NCBI GenBank assembly: GCA_964019335.1
Contig: OZ025754.1
Location: forward strand, 124,001 to 188,000
Length of the DNA stretch: 64,000 nt
From: Diplonema japonicum
Taxonomy: Eukaryota; Protista; Euglenozoa: Diplonemea
Direction of reading: 5' to 3'
In this document: positions 33,051 to 44,876 of the stretch, one piece after another
How the letters are laid out: each line of letters starts with the position of its first letter
How positions within the stretch are numbered: the first letter of the stretch is position 1
Notes under the pieces: generated by a model
Told to the model about the DNA's origin: nothing
The model's input: the letters and a program-made list of their open reading frames with translations, nothing else
Databases searched by the model: none
Position numbers and translations under genes: made by a program

Positions 33051-35072
33051 CTAGCACCGTGCATATTCCCTCATCAGAATCTCCACCAGCTCGGGGCCGC
33101 TCCATTTCGTTAGCATCTGGTCGACATCCACCACTCTTGTCGGGTCGTGTCTGATTAGAAACGCGATGACCCATGCTCTGTAGTGCTGGTACGTCGCGCC
33201 TAGCCTACGGGGAGGGGAAGAGACGGGAGTCCGCTGCCTGCCCTCGTCGCCGTATGTTTGGGGGAAGCCGCCGAGGAAGAGCGGGGAACCGGAGATCGCC
33301 GCGGCTTCCTCCTGCAGCCGGAGTTTTTCAGGCCGCTCCCACTGCGAGACCCCGAAGGCTGTTGCGTGGTAAAACACCCTCCCCGACACGTTGTCGTGCA
33401 TCTTAGCCCACTCTGCCTCGCGCCGTGTGATGAGCTCCAACAACTCCCCCTCTCTGTTCGCCCAAATCGACGCAAGCACACCAGCAGCGTACCCACGCGG
33501 TCCCAGAGCATGCTCTATCTTGGGAACATATGACGAAGGAGAGACCTTGTAGTTCTCGAGCAAGCAAGGGTACAGGGCATAAAGCCCTGACTCGTCGAGG
33601 CTTGTGAGAAGAGACTCCACATGCGAAATCTTCGAAGGGTCGTGCTTCTGGTAGAAAGACGTTAGAACCGAGTAGTGGAAATCTTTATCAGAAGAGGCAG
33701 CTGGGGGGGCAACAACCGCAAGTGGTGCATATGGTACGGACACAGGCGCACCGGTACTGGCCATTCTCTTCAAGATGTCGATCTCACCCAAGGTCAAGCC
33801 TATCTCCTTCAAGTCTGTCTTTGATGCGTGGTGCAGTGCTGTTGTGTCCATTTTGTGCTCGGCGAAGAGTGGTGCGTGATGAGCGAGACCCGACCTGTCC
33901 AACGTGGAGGAGATACGGGGTGACAGCCCAGGGTGAACAGCGGGTTCTTCGTCTTCCTGTTGCTGTTCTTGTTGCCTCTCAGCACCCCTGACCTTTTTCT
34001 TCTCCACCTCTTTCCGCATCGTTTCGACCATGCTTTTCAACTCCTGTTGTTGTTTCTGAAGCGCGACGACGGCTGCGAGGACTTCTGGGGTCATCCCGTC
34101 TGTTGTATGTGTGTGTTGCCGGGATGGTCTTGGAGGCGAGGCCCTCCTCACGCTTTCTATCTGGCTTTGCAACACAGATTCATGCCGTTCCTCTCGCCAT
34201 TTCAGCTCCCGTTGTTGCCGTTCCAGTTCCCTCTCCCGTCTTTTCATCGTTTCTTCAAGGTCGTGGAGGCGTTCCTTCTGCGCCTCTGCTTGTGCGTCTT
34301 CCCGTTGCCTTCGGATGCTCTCCTCAACACGGTCCATCCCAAGTCTCGAGGTGCTCGTCTGGCTGTTCAGGTGCATCTGCTGCCGAAGAGCGTCTGTTTC
34401 TCGCTCGCATTGTTGCAACCTCTGCAGGAAGTACGCTGTATCAGAGGATGCGTCAGCCCCCAACACCACGGGCGACGCGGTTGTGTAGGAAACAGGGGCC
34501 AGTATGTTTGGACTCTGGACCATTGGACTCTGAACCATTTGCGGGCTAACCGGCTGCTGCAAAGGCGGTGGCTGCACAGGACCCGGTTTAGGGGAAGGGG
34601 GGAGCTTGCTTTCTTTTGGCTTCGTTTTTTCCTCCTTCTCCGGTTTCGGTTTTGGCTTGTCCTCCTTGTTCCCCGGTTTCGGTTTTTCCTCTTTCTCCGG
34701 TTTGCTCTCCGCCTGCTTCGGCTTTCCATCCTTCTTTTCCTTTTCCTCTTTTTTCATGAGGTGTTCCTCTTGTACATACAGCACCATTCCCATCTTCAGC
34801 CCAGCCTCGATAGGTGTTTTGCTCAGGTCTAGCGGGTCACCTATTGGGTTCCCATTTGCATCTATCAGCCTGAGGACGAACTTCCAGTCTGCCAGCGTCA
34901 CCTCTTTCCCGCCAGCGAAGGACTTCCCGCTGAGCGGTTCCAGCAGCCTTAAAAGTTGCTTCTCGAGGCCCAGCGGCTTCTTATTGTCGACGGCCCAGTC
35001 CAAGTTCCCTTTTTTATTCTTCAGCTTTTCCTCTATCTTGGCCAGGACACTCCCTGTAACCTGGATGAACAT
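33051..35072 (-). CDS. Multidomain scaffold: ubiquitin-like N-terminus, coiled coil, SAM, repeated HDP helical motif, WW
   Basis: DLSKTPIEAGLKMGMVLYV (UBL-like); LDRSGLAHHAPLFAEHKMD..DLKEIGLTLG (SAM); FYQKHDPSKI and FLIRHDPTRV; WAKMHDNVSGRVFYH..SQWERP (WW). Confidence 0.8.
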   Translation of the reverse strand: MFIQVTGSVLAKIEEKLKNKKGNLDWAVDNKKPLGLEKQLLRLLEPLSGKSFAGGKEVTLADWKFVLRLIDANGNPIGDPLDLSKTPIEAGLKMGMVLYVQEEHLMKKEEKEKKDGKPKQAESKPEKEEKPKPGNKEDKPKPKPEKEEKTKPKESKLPPSPKPGPVQPPPLQQPVSPQMVQSPMVQSPNILAPVSYTTASPVVLGADASSDTAYFLQRLQQCERETDALRQQMHLNSQTSTSRLGMDRVEESIRRQREDAQAEAQKERLHDLEETMKRRERELERQQRELKWREERHESVLQSQIESVRRASPPRPSRQHTHTTDGMTPEVLAAVVALQKQQQELKSMVETMRKEVEKKKVRGAERQQEQQQEDEEPAVHPGLSPRISSTLDRSGLAHHAPLFAEHKMDTTALHHASKTDLKEIGLTLGEIDILKRMASTGAPVSVPYAPLAVVAPPAASSDKDFHYSVLTSFYQKHDPSKISHVESLLTSLDESGLYALYPCLLENYKVSPSSYVPKIEHALGPRGYAAGVLASIWANREGELLELITRREAEWAKMHDNVSGRVFYHATAFGVSQWERPEKLRLQEEAAAISGSPLFLGGFPQTYGDEGRQRTPVSSPPRRLGATYQHYRAWVIAFLIRHDPTRVVDVDQMLTKWSGPELVEILMREYARC

Positions 35073-35225
35073 TTCCCCCCCCCCCCTCCCTTTTCTGGTA
35101 CTGTGTGTGGAGTGAGTTTTGACAAGAAGATATCGATAATAATTAGAAAGAAGTTTAAAAAAATGAGGAAGGAAAATGAAAAAAATGAGAATTCAGAAGA
35201 AGGCTTTTTTTTTTTTTTTTTTAAT

Positions 35226-36547
35226 CCCCTAAACGCCCCGCGCGGACGTTTTTGTCCTTATTTCAAAATTTGCTTTTTCGCTATGTACTTTTTTTTTTTG
35301 AACACGGCCCTTGGACTTCAAAATATGACATTGTTGCGCGGTTTATTTTTGTCTTGGAACTATATTTTGCGTTAAAATTTAAGTTTTAATTGAAACCGGC
35401 AGGGTTGGCTTAAAATGGAATCAGACAGTCAAAATAGCAGCGAAAGCGCGAGTCTCCCCGACTGGTCAGATGCCGGAAACGATGCTTGGGTGGGAAAAAT
35501 ACTCCAAAAGCCCGAAACGCACCGTTTCCGTGAAAAGGTGGGGCTCAGACACGTCTGGGTGAAGCGGCCAACGAGGAGGGTGTTTTTAGTCTTTTTTTTT
35601 ACACGCGCGGTAGTTTGGCCATAGTTTCTTCTACAAACAGTCGCTGCGATGCAAAAGAGCATCGGGATCTGAACCTTTCCGTCCCAGAGTTCAAAGTTTG
35701 GCTTGGGTTGGTCCTGTTAATGGGTTTACGCTCGGCACCGAACATGAGGAGCTACTGGACAACGAATCCAAATTTAGCGATCCCGGCGTTTAAAGCTATG
35801 GACAAAAACAGATTTGTCGACATCCAGCGTTACATCACCTTTGACAACATAGAAAACGTCAGTAAGGACTCTGAAGACAAACTGCTCCTCATGCGCAGGT
35901 TTCTTGACATCATTGTCAACCGGTGTAGGACTGTGCGGACCCCTGGCAAGTGGTTGTCTGTTGACGACAGTGTTATCCCCTTTGATGGGCGGACAACAAT
36001 AAAAGTCATGGCACCACGAAAAAACAACTCGGTGGGCATCAAGGTAATCGCTACATGCGACTCATCAAACGGTTACCTGGCGAATTTCAACATTTGCAGC
36101 AAGAAGTCCACAACACAGGACCTAGTCATGTGTGCTGTCGACCCCTGGCTGGGAACCCACCGTAGTATCGCCTTCGACAACTTCTTCTGTTCCCTGGGGC
36201 TCCATCAGAAGCTATACGAAAACAAGATGCACTCCTGCTCGACCTGCAGGAGGAACTGCCGGAGCATTCCGGCTTCCTTCCGCAGCCCGAAAAGGAACAC
36301 GCCAGGGAGGATGACAAAGGCGCAGAAGCAGCTGCAGCTCAGGGAGGGGCAGTGGATGATGCTGCAGCAGGGTCCGGTGCACCTCATCCGGTGGATGGAC
36401 TCACGCGAGGTGTTCTTCATGTCCACCTTGCCTCTGGGGGATGAAAACACGAGCGTCGAACGCTCGAAGAAGGAGAAGGGGAAGTGGAAGACCAGGAAGG
36501 TGGAATGTCCCTACCAGGTTATTGACTACAACAACAACATGGGCGGG
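35226..36547 (+). mobile_element. 3'-truncated piggyBac element (copy 1)
   Basis: Left TIR CCCCTAAACGCCC. Transposase core LSVDDSVIPFDGR..GIK..D..NGY..FDNFF..WMDSREV..DYNNNMGG ends just before the third catalytic Asp; N-terminus frameshifted; no right TIR found. Confidence 0.9.
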
Positions 36548-37402
36548 ACCAAATTGAAAAAAAAGGAAGTGCGGTGCGGTGGAAGTGGCAGCAATCGGTG
36601 CAAATGACATACGCGGCAGCTCAACGCAAAAACGGAGCCTAGGGAAAAAGACCTTATTTCTTTTTTAATGTGGGGGAAGTATAAATATGGGTCGAGGGGA
36701 GCTGCTTTTTTTTTTTTTCCTGTTTTTTTTTTCTTTTTTTTAAATTTTACTTTTTATTCGACTTGCTAAGGCCGCACCCACTAGGTGGCTGAAATGATAT
36801 TGCAAGTGGTAATAAATACTGCATACGAAACAGAGAGTCGAAATAAAAAACGATGAACCGCACCCACTAGGTGGGAAGTGTCTTGAGACGCTCTCCCCCG
36901 GTTGCCTGGGTACTCATGACCGTGTTTCTCTTCCCCCAGCTTTGCTACATCGCAGTCGGCAGGCTTCAAAAAAAGTGGGCGGGAAGGTGGTGGGGCAATT
37001 CTTTTTCGTCATCTCTTTTTATACACTCCCCTTTCCCTTTTTTTTTTTTGGTTACCTGTGTGCCGGACTATTTTTCATTTTCTTTTTTTTTTAACGCCTT
37101 AATCCCTCATGCGAAAGAACTCGGCCGCTCACAAAGGAGGATTAGGGGGTCATAAGGGGGTCACTTTTTGCCATCTTCCAGTTTTTTCGCCAAGGGCATT
37201 TTGGGTAGTCAGCAGGGCTTGATGTGTTCTCTCTGTTGCGGGGCCGCACTTCTCGCAAGTGCGTTGCTTGTGGTTTTCCTTCAACAGTTCGTGGTGCCCG
37301 GACTTTTGCTCGCTACGAGGGTGCCGTCATCTATGGCTGTAGGGGTCTTACTTCTTCTCTTGCCTCCTGAGCCCTCCTACTTATTACAGTACACTCACTA
37401 CT

Positions 37403-38526
37403 TTATTGCCTTAACTCTTCAAGGGACTCGTAGAGAGGAAAGCTCTTGTTGGCTTTGATTGCCTGAAGGGAGGTACACCCTTCCAAGTACCAGGCACCGA
37501 TGGTGCTGATTTCCTGAAAGTTTTGGCCGCTGATTGTCATGAATCTATTGTTGAAGCTATTGATGTTCGAAAGCGGTGTGAGATCAACAGCCTGAAGGGA
37601 GGTGCACCCACCCAAGAAGCTATGGCCGATGCTCGTGATGCTGGAAAGCGGTGCGAGATCGACAGCCTGAAGGGAAGTGCACCCTCTCAAGAAGCTGTTG
37701 TCGATGCGGGTCATGTTGGAAAGCGGTGAGAGATCGACAGCCTGAAGGGAGGTGCACCCACCCAAGAAGCAATTGCCGATGCTCGTGATGTTGGAAAGCG
37801 GTGCGAGATCGACAGCCTGAAGGGAGGTGCACCCATATAAGAACCAACCGCCGATGCTGGTGATCTTGGAAAGCGGTGCGAGATCAACAGCCTGAAGGGA
37901 AGTGCACCGACACAAGAACTCATCGCCGATGCTGGTGATCTCGGAAAGTGATATGAGATCGACAGCCAGAAGGGAAGTGCACATACACAAGAACGAAGTG
38001 CCGATTCTGGTGATGGAAAGCGGCGCGAGACCGACAGCCTGAAGGGAGGTGCACCCAGCCAAGAAGCATTCGCCGATGGTGATAGACCCTGGCCCTGTCA
38101 CGGTGGGCAGTGGGTCGAGAGAGAAGTGGAGTGACTTCAGCTGACAAGAGGTCGTGTCATTGTATTTGCGTGCCAGGAAGTGATCAGCGATGTTGCCCCG
38201 CGCGCCCTTCAGCACCACGTGTTCAAAGCCCATCACAATGGGGACGTACCTCTTCTCCACATGAACCAGGGAAGCCCCTGTGAAGTCAATCACCAAGATC
38301 GGTGGACGTTTCACCAGCTTATCAAGCACCTGAAGCTCGTCGTGCTTCACCACCACCTGCATCTTTCCCATCATTCCCAAGAACCCCTCCGTGCCTTCTT
38401 CCCACTCCACAACGAGGCCCTTCCTCTTCACTTCTTCCTCTTCCGAGGTGAGCTGGCTTCCATCCTTCAAGGCTGCAACGGGATGATGTTGGTTCGGATC
38501 GTGGTGGTGGTGGTGGTGGTCGATGA

Positions 38527-38557
<31 letters not shown>

Positions 38558-39751
38558 CTTGTTGTTGTTGTGCTCAGGAAAGACCTTCACCCGTCCCTTG
38601 TCTTGGAAGACAGTCTCGCTGTCGGCATCCACGAACAGATCGAAGTCGCTGCTGAAGACCTCCACCCTGCGAACCCGTCCCAGCCCGTCCTTTGCGAAGG
38701 CTTTCTCTGCCGCCACCCGAACCTCCTCCACACCCGACCCCACAGCCACAAGAAGGGGCCTCCTCCTCTCCTCACCACCGAAGTCCGCGAAGGCCAGAAG
38801 CATCATCATCATCGTCGTCGTCATCGCAGGTGGAGTCGTCAGCACAGACAGAACCTCAGAAGCGGTCGGGCGTTTCGAAGGGTCCTCGCAGAGGAGGCGC
38901 AGCAGCAGGGTCCCCACCGACTCCCCCACGAGCTTCGGGAGGCGTCTTTCCAGCTCACCCATCACAAGGACCCGGTTCATCTTCAGGTAACTCAGGAACC
39001 ACTCCCTCAGCTTCTCATCCTCCAAAACGGCGAAGCACACGGTCACCCCAAGGGCCCACATGTCCACCTTGTTGGTGTATGGACCTACAAAGTCGGGTCC
39101 CATGAAGGCGGGGGTTCCCACAATGCTGCTGGCGATCGCTCCAGAAAAACTATGGATCATGCTGCTGCTGCTGCTGCTGCTGCTGTAACTCATGCTGCTG
39201 CTGCTGCTGCTACCACTTGCACCAACAACAGCCCTCGACAGTCCCAGGTCAGCCAGAACGAACCTCGTCTTCCCTTCAGAGGTGTTGTTGTTGTTGTTGT
39301 TGCTGTCGTCCACCATGATGTTCTGAGGCTTCACGTCCCTGTGGATCCAACCCTTCCCGTGCAAGTAGGCCAGCGCCTCAGCCACCTCCCGCAAGAGCCT
39401 CACTGCCTTCTCTTGAGAGAGGGGTCCCTCCCTCTCCAGGAGCTTCTGCAGGTCCCCTCCAGTGTACAAGGGCATCACGATGTGGAGCTCCCACTGCGTC
39501 ACCCCAGGAACCAGCTGCCCTGTCGTCCCGAAGTAGTCCACACACGGGACCACATTCCTGTGCTTCAGCTGCAGCATGTTCTCCACCTCCTTCGCGTTCC
39601 TCGCGTGGTCCTCCTTCGTCGCCGCCTTCACAACCTTCATCGCGAACTCCTTCCCGTCAATCTCCCTCACCGCCATGTAAACAGACCCCTGGCCCCCTGA
39701 CCCGAGGTGCTTCCCTTTCCTGTACTTCTCAAGGTTCTGCATTTCCTGCAT
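37403..39751 (-). CDS. Cytosolic Ser/Thr kinase + ubiquitin/PB1-like domain + 25-aa BspA-type LRR array
   Basis: GSGGQG, FAMK, HRDVKPQN, DLG, GTPAFM, DMWALG; eight LRR units of type SNITSIGxxFLxxCTSLQAVDLAPL plus one aberrant unit; no signal peptide or TM. Start at MQEMQNL after an A-run. Confidence 0.9.
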
Positions 39752-39777
39752 CTTTTCTTGTTTTACGGTGTGTTCTT

Positions 39778-39812
<35 letters not shown>

Positions 39813-40164
39813 GTAAATCTCCACTGTGCGATGGATTTCTTCCCCCGTGTTGAGAGAATGAAAAAAAAGCATAATATAACAAGGAAGCATGGAAAGAGCG
39901 AATTCGAAGAAAAAGGAGGAGAGAGGGGGCTTTTTGGGAATGGGGGGGGGGACCACAAGTTCAACGGAATGGGGAGGGATGTCAAGCATCTTGTAGAATT
40001 GGACGTTCAGTCTGCGCCCACGAGCGTGAATATTGTTATCGGTTCTTCATTCCATCGCAGCTGGAGTCACGCTGGTGACATGATGTTGGAGTTGAAGGTG
40101 GGCGCGGCCGCCTCTTCGACGTCCAGAGCCCACCTATGAACCTTGCTTCCGTTGTTGTGAGGTC

Positions 40165-40467
40165 ACTGCACTTCCGCCTGAATCAGCTGAGAATAGGCCG
40201 TTTTTCATAATTTGATAGCTATTATTGACAGTTGATAGCTCATATAATTTGGTTTTGGATTTTTGGCCCACTTTATCGGTCACTCGGAGTGACTCAATTT
40301 CTGAACTATCAGATAAAATTACTTAAACTTTGTGCCAACTTATGGCCATCCCATTCACTCTCGAACCGTTTCTTTTTTGACCCTGCTGGCCCTCGGCCAA
40401 AAAACTCACGGTTCTCGAGTAAATTATGGCCATAATTTTGTTTGCAAATAAATAGCTATTAATACTG
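40165..40467. mobile_element. Possible orphan DNA-transposon terminus
   Basis: Begins exactly at the duplication breakpoint; homopolymer-poor; repeated ATAGCT and TTATGGCCAT motifs; palindrome GTCACTCGGAGTGAC; reads CAGT at the outer end on the minus strand. No partner TIR found. Confidence 0.35.
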
Positions 40468-40476
40468 AATGCAAGC

Positions 40477-40510
<34 letters not shown>

Positions 40511-41762
40511 ACATTTAAGGGTACCTGCGGTATGTGGCAGGACGCCTGCAAAAAAAAAGGAACCCAAAAGAAAAAGGCGGAACGGGGAATGGAGACATTA
40601 TCTTTCCTCTTTAACACATAGACGTCTAATCCAGAGGCAGAAGGGGAACTCAACATTGGGGGGGAAGAATATCTCAAGAGGGTGGAGAAGAAATTAAAGG
40701 GGTTGAAGACAATTCTTCACTCCGGAAGCCCCTATTATCTTATTGGCTCATAATTTGATTTTCTTAAGTTTAAAAAAAAAAAAAAAAAAAAAGCCAAGCC
40801 ATGCCTACTTCAGTCACATTCAGACCTTGGTACACGTTCTTCTGTTTTCGATCGATTGTTATTGGCCCAAATGTTCTACTTCAGTCACATTTCAGACCAT
40901 GCTTGTCTGTGTGTCACGATCAATGGCGCGCCTGTGATACCTAAAGAAAGACAGTAGCTAGTAAATAGAACACCCCATTGGGGTAATCACCGTGACATTG
41001 CCACATAAAACACCACAGGAAGGTTGTTTAGACAAAAGAATCAGCAGAGATCCCCTCATCTCGGCCTGCCATAATCTTACTGCTATTATCGACTTTGCAT
41101 CTTTCCATCACTGTACTTGTTCGCTATCGGTCTCCGGGAGATTATTTAGCCTTAGCAGAGGGATACCTGCCAATTAGTTCAGCATTCCCAAACGAACGAC
41201 TCTTGCAAACAGTGAAGATACGGACGATGGCTTGCTGGGATGTACGGGACTCTCACCCTCTTTGGATACACATTCTCTTGGGTTGCCAGTCCTCAGGATT
41301 CTTTTTTTCTCCACTAACCCCGTCATTGTATTGACAAACAGTAGTTTCTGAGCACGTCTAACCCCCGAAACGAAATGTTGTAAAAGGGAAAGAAGGAAGA
41401 ATAACAAGATGTGGGGGTGCTTGACGGGCAGGAAAAAAAGAAAAGGGACCACTCCCAAAAGCACTGTTGGGTGTTTTGTTATCTCATTCAACAATCCCCC
41501 CCTCCCCTCTCTCAACTTAAGCCTACGGGCACTTTTTTTTTTCTTCGATACCTGTACACCAAAAGAAGTGGGGTGTTTATAAAAAGGGAAAAAGAAGGGG
41601 GCGCGGGTAGGGGAGGAGAGGAGACAGACCACCAGAGAATTAAAGGATTGAAATCAAGAAAACATTTTGGGGGCTTCCTTCACACTATCTATTCTTGTCC
41701 TTCATCGACTTTGCTACTTCACCTCCTGAGCCCCTCCTACTTATTACAGTACACTCACTACT

Positions 41763-43573
41763 TTATTGCCTTAACTTTTCAAGCTCCTTGGGGAGAGGAA
41801 AGCTCTTGTTGGCTTTGATTGCCCGAAGGGAGGTGCACTCTTCCAAGAACCAACCGCCGATGCTGGTGATGTTGGAAAGTGGTGGGAGATCGACAGCCTG
41901 AAGGGAGGTGCAATAACCCAAGAAGCTATGGCCGATGCTGGTGATGTTGGAAAGCGGTGCGAGATCGACAACCTGAAGGGAGGTGCAATAACCCAAGAAG
42001 CTATAGCCGATGCTGGTGATGTTGGAAAGCGGTGCGAATTCGACAGCCTGAAGGGAGGTGCACCCTTCCAAGAACCCATCGCCGATGCTGGTGATGTTGG
42101 AAAGCGGTGCTAGATCGACAGCCTGAAGGGGGGTGCACCCTTCCAAGAAATTTTTGCCGATGGTGATAGACCCTGGCCCTGTCACGGTGGGCAGTGAGTC
42201 GAGAGAGAAGTGGAGTGACTTCAGCTGACAAGAGGTCGTGTCATTGTATTTGCGTGCCAGGAAGTGATCAGCGATGTTGCCCCGCGCGCCCTTCAGCACC
42301 ACGTGTTCAAAGCCCATCACAATGGGGACGTACCTCTTCTCCACATGAACCAGGGAAGCCCCTGTGAAGTCAATCACCAAGATCGGTGGACGTTTCACCA
42401 GCTTATCAAGCACCTGAAGCTCGTCGTGCTTCACCACCACCTGCATCTTTCCCATCATTCCCAAGAACCCCTCCGTGCCTTCTTCCCACTCCACAACGAG
42501 GCCCTTCCTCTTCACTTCTTCCTCTTCCGAGGTGAGCTGGCTTCCATCCTTCAAGGCTGCAACGGGATGATGCTGATGTTGGTTCGGATCGTGGTGGTGG
42601 TGGTGGTCGATGTTGTTGTTGTTGTTGTTGTTCTTGTTGCTGGTGTGCTCAGGGAAGACCTTCACCCGTCCCTTGTCTTGGAAGACAGTCTCGCTGTCGG
42701 CATCCACGAACAGATCGAAGTCGCTGCTGAAGACCTCCACCCTGCGAACCCGTCCCAGCCCGTCCTTTGCGAAGGCTTTCTCTGCCGCCACCCGAACCTC
42801 CTCCACACCCGACCCCACAGCCACAAGGAGGGGCCTCCTCCTCTCCTCACCACCGAAGTCCGCGAAGGCCAGAAGCCCCATCATCGTCGTCATCGGCGTC
42901 GTCATCGCAGGTGGAGTCGTCAGCACAGACAGAACAGAACCTCAGAAGCGGTCGGGCGTTTCGAAGGGTCCTCGCAGAGGAGGCGCAGCAGCAGGGTCCC
43001 CACCGACTCCCCCACGAGCTTCGGGAGGCGTCTTTCCAGCTCACCCATCACAAGGCCCCGGTTCATCTTCAGGTAACTCAGGAACCACTCCCTCAGCTGC
43101 TTATCCTCCAGAACGGCGAAGCACACGGTCACCCCGAGGGCCCACATGTCCACCTTGTTGGTGTACGGACCTACAAAGTCGGGTCCCATGAAGGCGGGGG
43201 TTCCCACAACGCTGTCGGCGGTCGCTCCAGAAAAACTATGGATCATGCTGCTGCTGCTACCACTTGCACCAACAACAGCCCTCGACAGTCCCAGGTCAGC
43301 CAGAACGAACCTCGTCTTCCCACTGCGTCACCCCAGCTGCCCTGTCGTCCCGAAGTAGTCCACACACGGGACCACATTCCTGTGCTTCAGCTGCAGCATG
43401 TTCTCCACCTCCTTCGCGTTCCTCGCGTGGTCCTCCTTCGTCGCCGCCTTCACAACCTTCATCGCGAACTCCTTCCCGTCAATCTCCCTCACCGCCATGT
43501 AAACAGACCCCTGGCCCCCTGACCCGAGGTGCTTCCCTTTCCTGTACTTCTCAAGGTTCTGCATTTCCTGCAT
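41763..43573 (-). pseudogene. Kinase-disrupted paralog of the kinase-UBL-LRR gene; UBL-LRR half (41763..~42905) still open
   Basis: Relative to copy 1: 7-nt deletion creating TGA at 43328, 218-nt deletion removing HRD, 39-nt deletion in the Ser tract, 5-nt AGAAC duplication near 42930; five LRR units. Confidence 0.88.
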
Positions 43574-44511
43574 CTTTTCTTGTTTTACGGTGTGTTCTTC
43601 CTTTTTTTTTTTTTTTTTTTTTATAGTAAATCTCCACTGTGCGATGGATTTCTCCCCCCCCCCCCCCCGTGTTGAGAATGAAAAAAAAGCATAATATAAC
43701 AAGGAAGCATGGAAAGAGCGAATTCGAAGAAAAAGGAGGAGAGAGGGCTTTTTGGGAATGGGGGGGGACCACAAGTTCAACGGAATGGGGAGGGATGTCA
43801 AGCATCTTGTAGAATTGGACGTTCAGTCTGCGCCCACGAGCGTGAATATTGTTATCGGTTCTTCATTCCATCGCAGCTGGAGTCACGCTGGTGACATGAT
43901 GTTGGAGTTGAAGGTGGGCGCGGCCGCCTCTTCGACGTCCAGAGCCCACCTATGAACCTTCGTTGTTGTGAGGTCCTTCAGGCGATGGTGCAGTGCGAGC
44001 AGTAGTAGTGCTGAATGGCATCCAGTGGTCGTCCAGACCACATCGTAAACCCTGCCTTTTGTCATGTCATCTTCACAAACACATCGTCATCCCTTTCGTC
44101 TTTGTGATCTGTTTCTCTTTCCCTCCCAAGGCACTGTGGGTGTTTGCGTCTTCTCATCTCTCACCAACCACATTTTCTCCCCTATGCGAAGTTGTAAGAA
44201 TAAAAAAAAGGCGTGTTTTCAAAAAAGAAAAAAAAAAAAAAAAAAAAAAAAAAGGTGGGGAGTAGAAGTTAGTCTCATCACATCGAGTTACATTTTTTTA
44301 AATGCTAACACAAACGTGGCTTCGGTGAAGGGGGGAGTTGAGAAAAAGAAATCGAGGGAAAAAAAAGGGAGGGGGATTTTTTTGTGCGAACCCCCACCAA
44401 AGGGTTGATGGAATGCAACGTTATATAAGTTATGCCCCGAAAACAAAAGACTGTATTTACACTACTAGGGTTACAAAAAAGGGCCCTCCACCGATGGGTC
44501 AGCTGTGGAAA

Positions 44512-44543
<32 letters not shown>

Positions 44544-44876
44544 AAAGAAAAATCAACAAAAAATATAAAAGTTGTGGGAATATATAATGCTGTACAACCC
44601 CTCCCCCTCCCCTCCCCCCCTACCTCATCATACATTCTCTCCTTTCTTTTTTTTGGGGGGGGGTTTTTTTTTTTCCGACGTGAATTGACGCGATATAAGA
44701 TAATAATTAAGAATATTCAATTTCTTTATTTTCCACTCCCCCCCCCCCCCCCCCCTAAGAGAGAAAGAAAAGAAACCCCCTCAAGGCATTTTTTTTTTTT
44801 TTTTTTTTTTTTCAACTTCGATATTTTTTTTTTTTTTAAATTTTCGAAGGAATCTTTGGGAAACAAACCGGGTCTC

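Larger units (their letters stand above)
37363..43975. repeat. Direct segmental duplication (37363..40164 and 41722..43975)
   Basis: Near-identical sequence from CCTCCTGAGCCC to GTTGTTGTGAGGTC, including non-coding flanks. Confidence 0.95.

Noticed and set aside
36681-36700. ATATGGGTCGA resembling the left end of the 15261 element
   Set aside because: Similarity is limited to about 11 nt and no partner end was found.
37445-38085. Diversity-generating retroelement as the source of LRR variation
   Set aside because: Changes are not adenine-specific, and there is no invariant template repeat or reverse transcriptase in the window.
38180-39700. 506-aa plus-strand ORF (and 42264..43076)
   Set aside because: Antisense to the kinase-LRR genes; explained by codon bias and trinucleotide tracts.
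40990-41335. Possible LRR or other coding relic between the duplicated genes (LLGCTGLSPSLD)
   Set aside because: Too short and interrupted to support a call.
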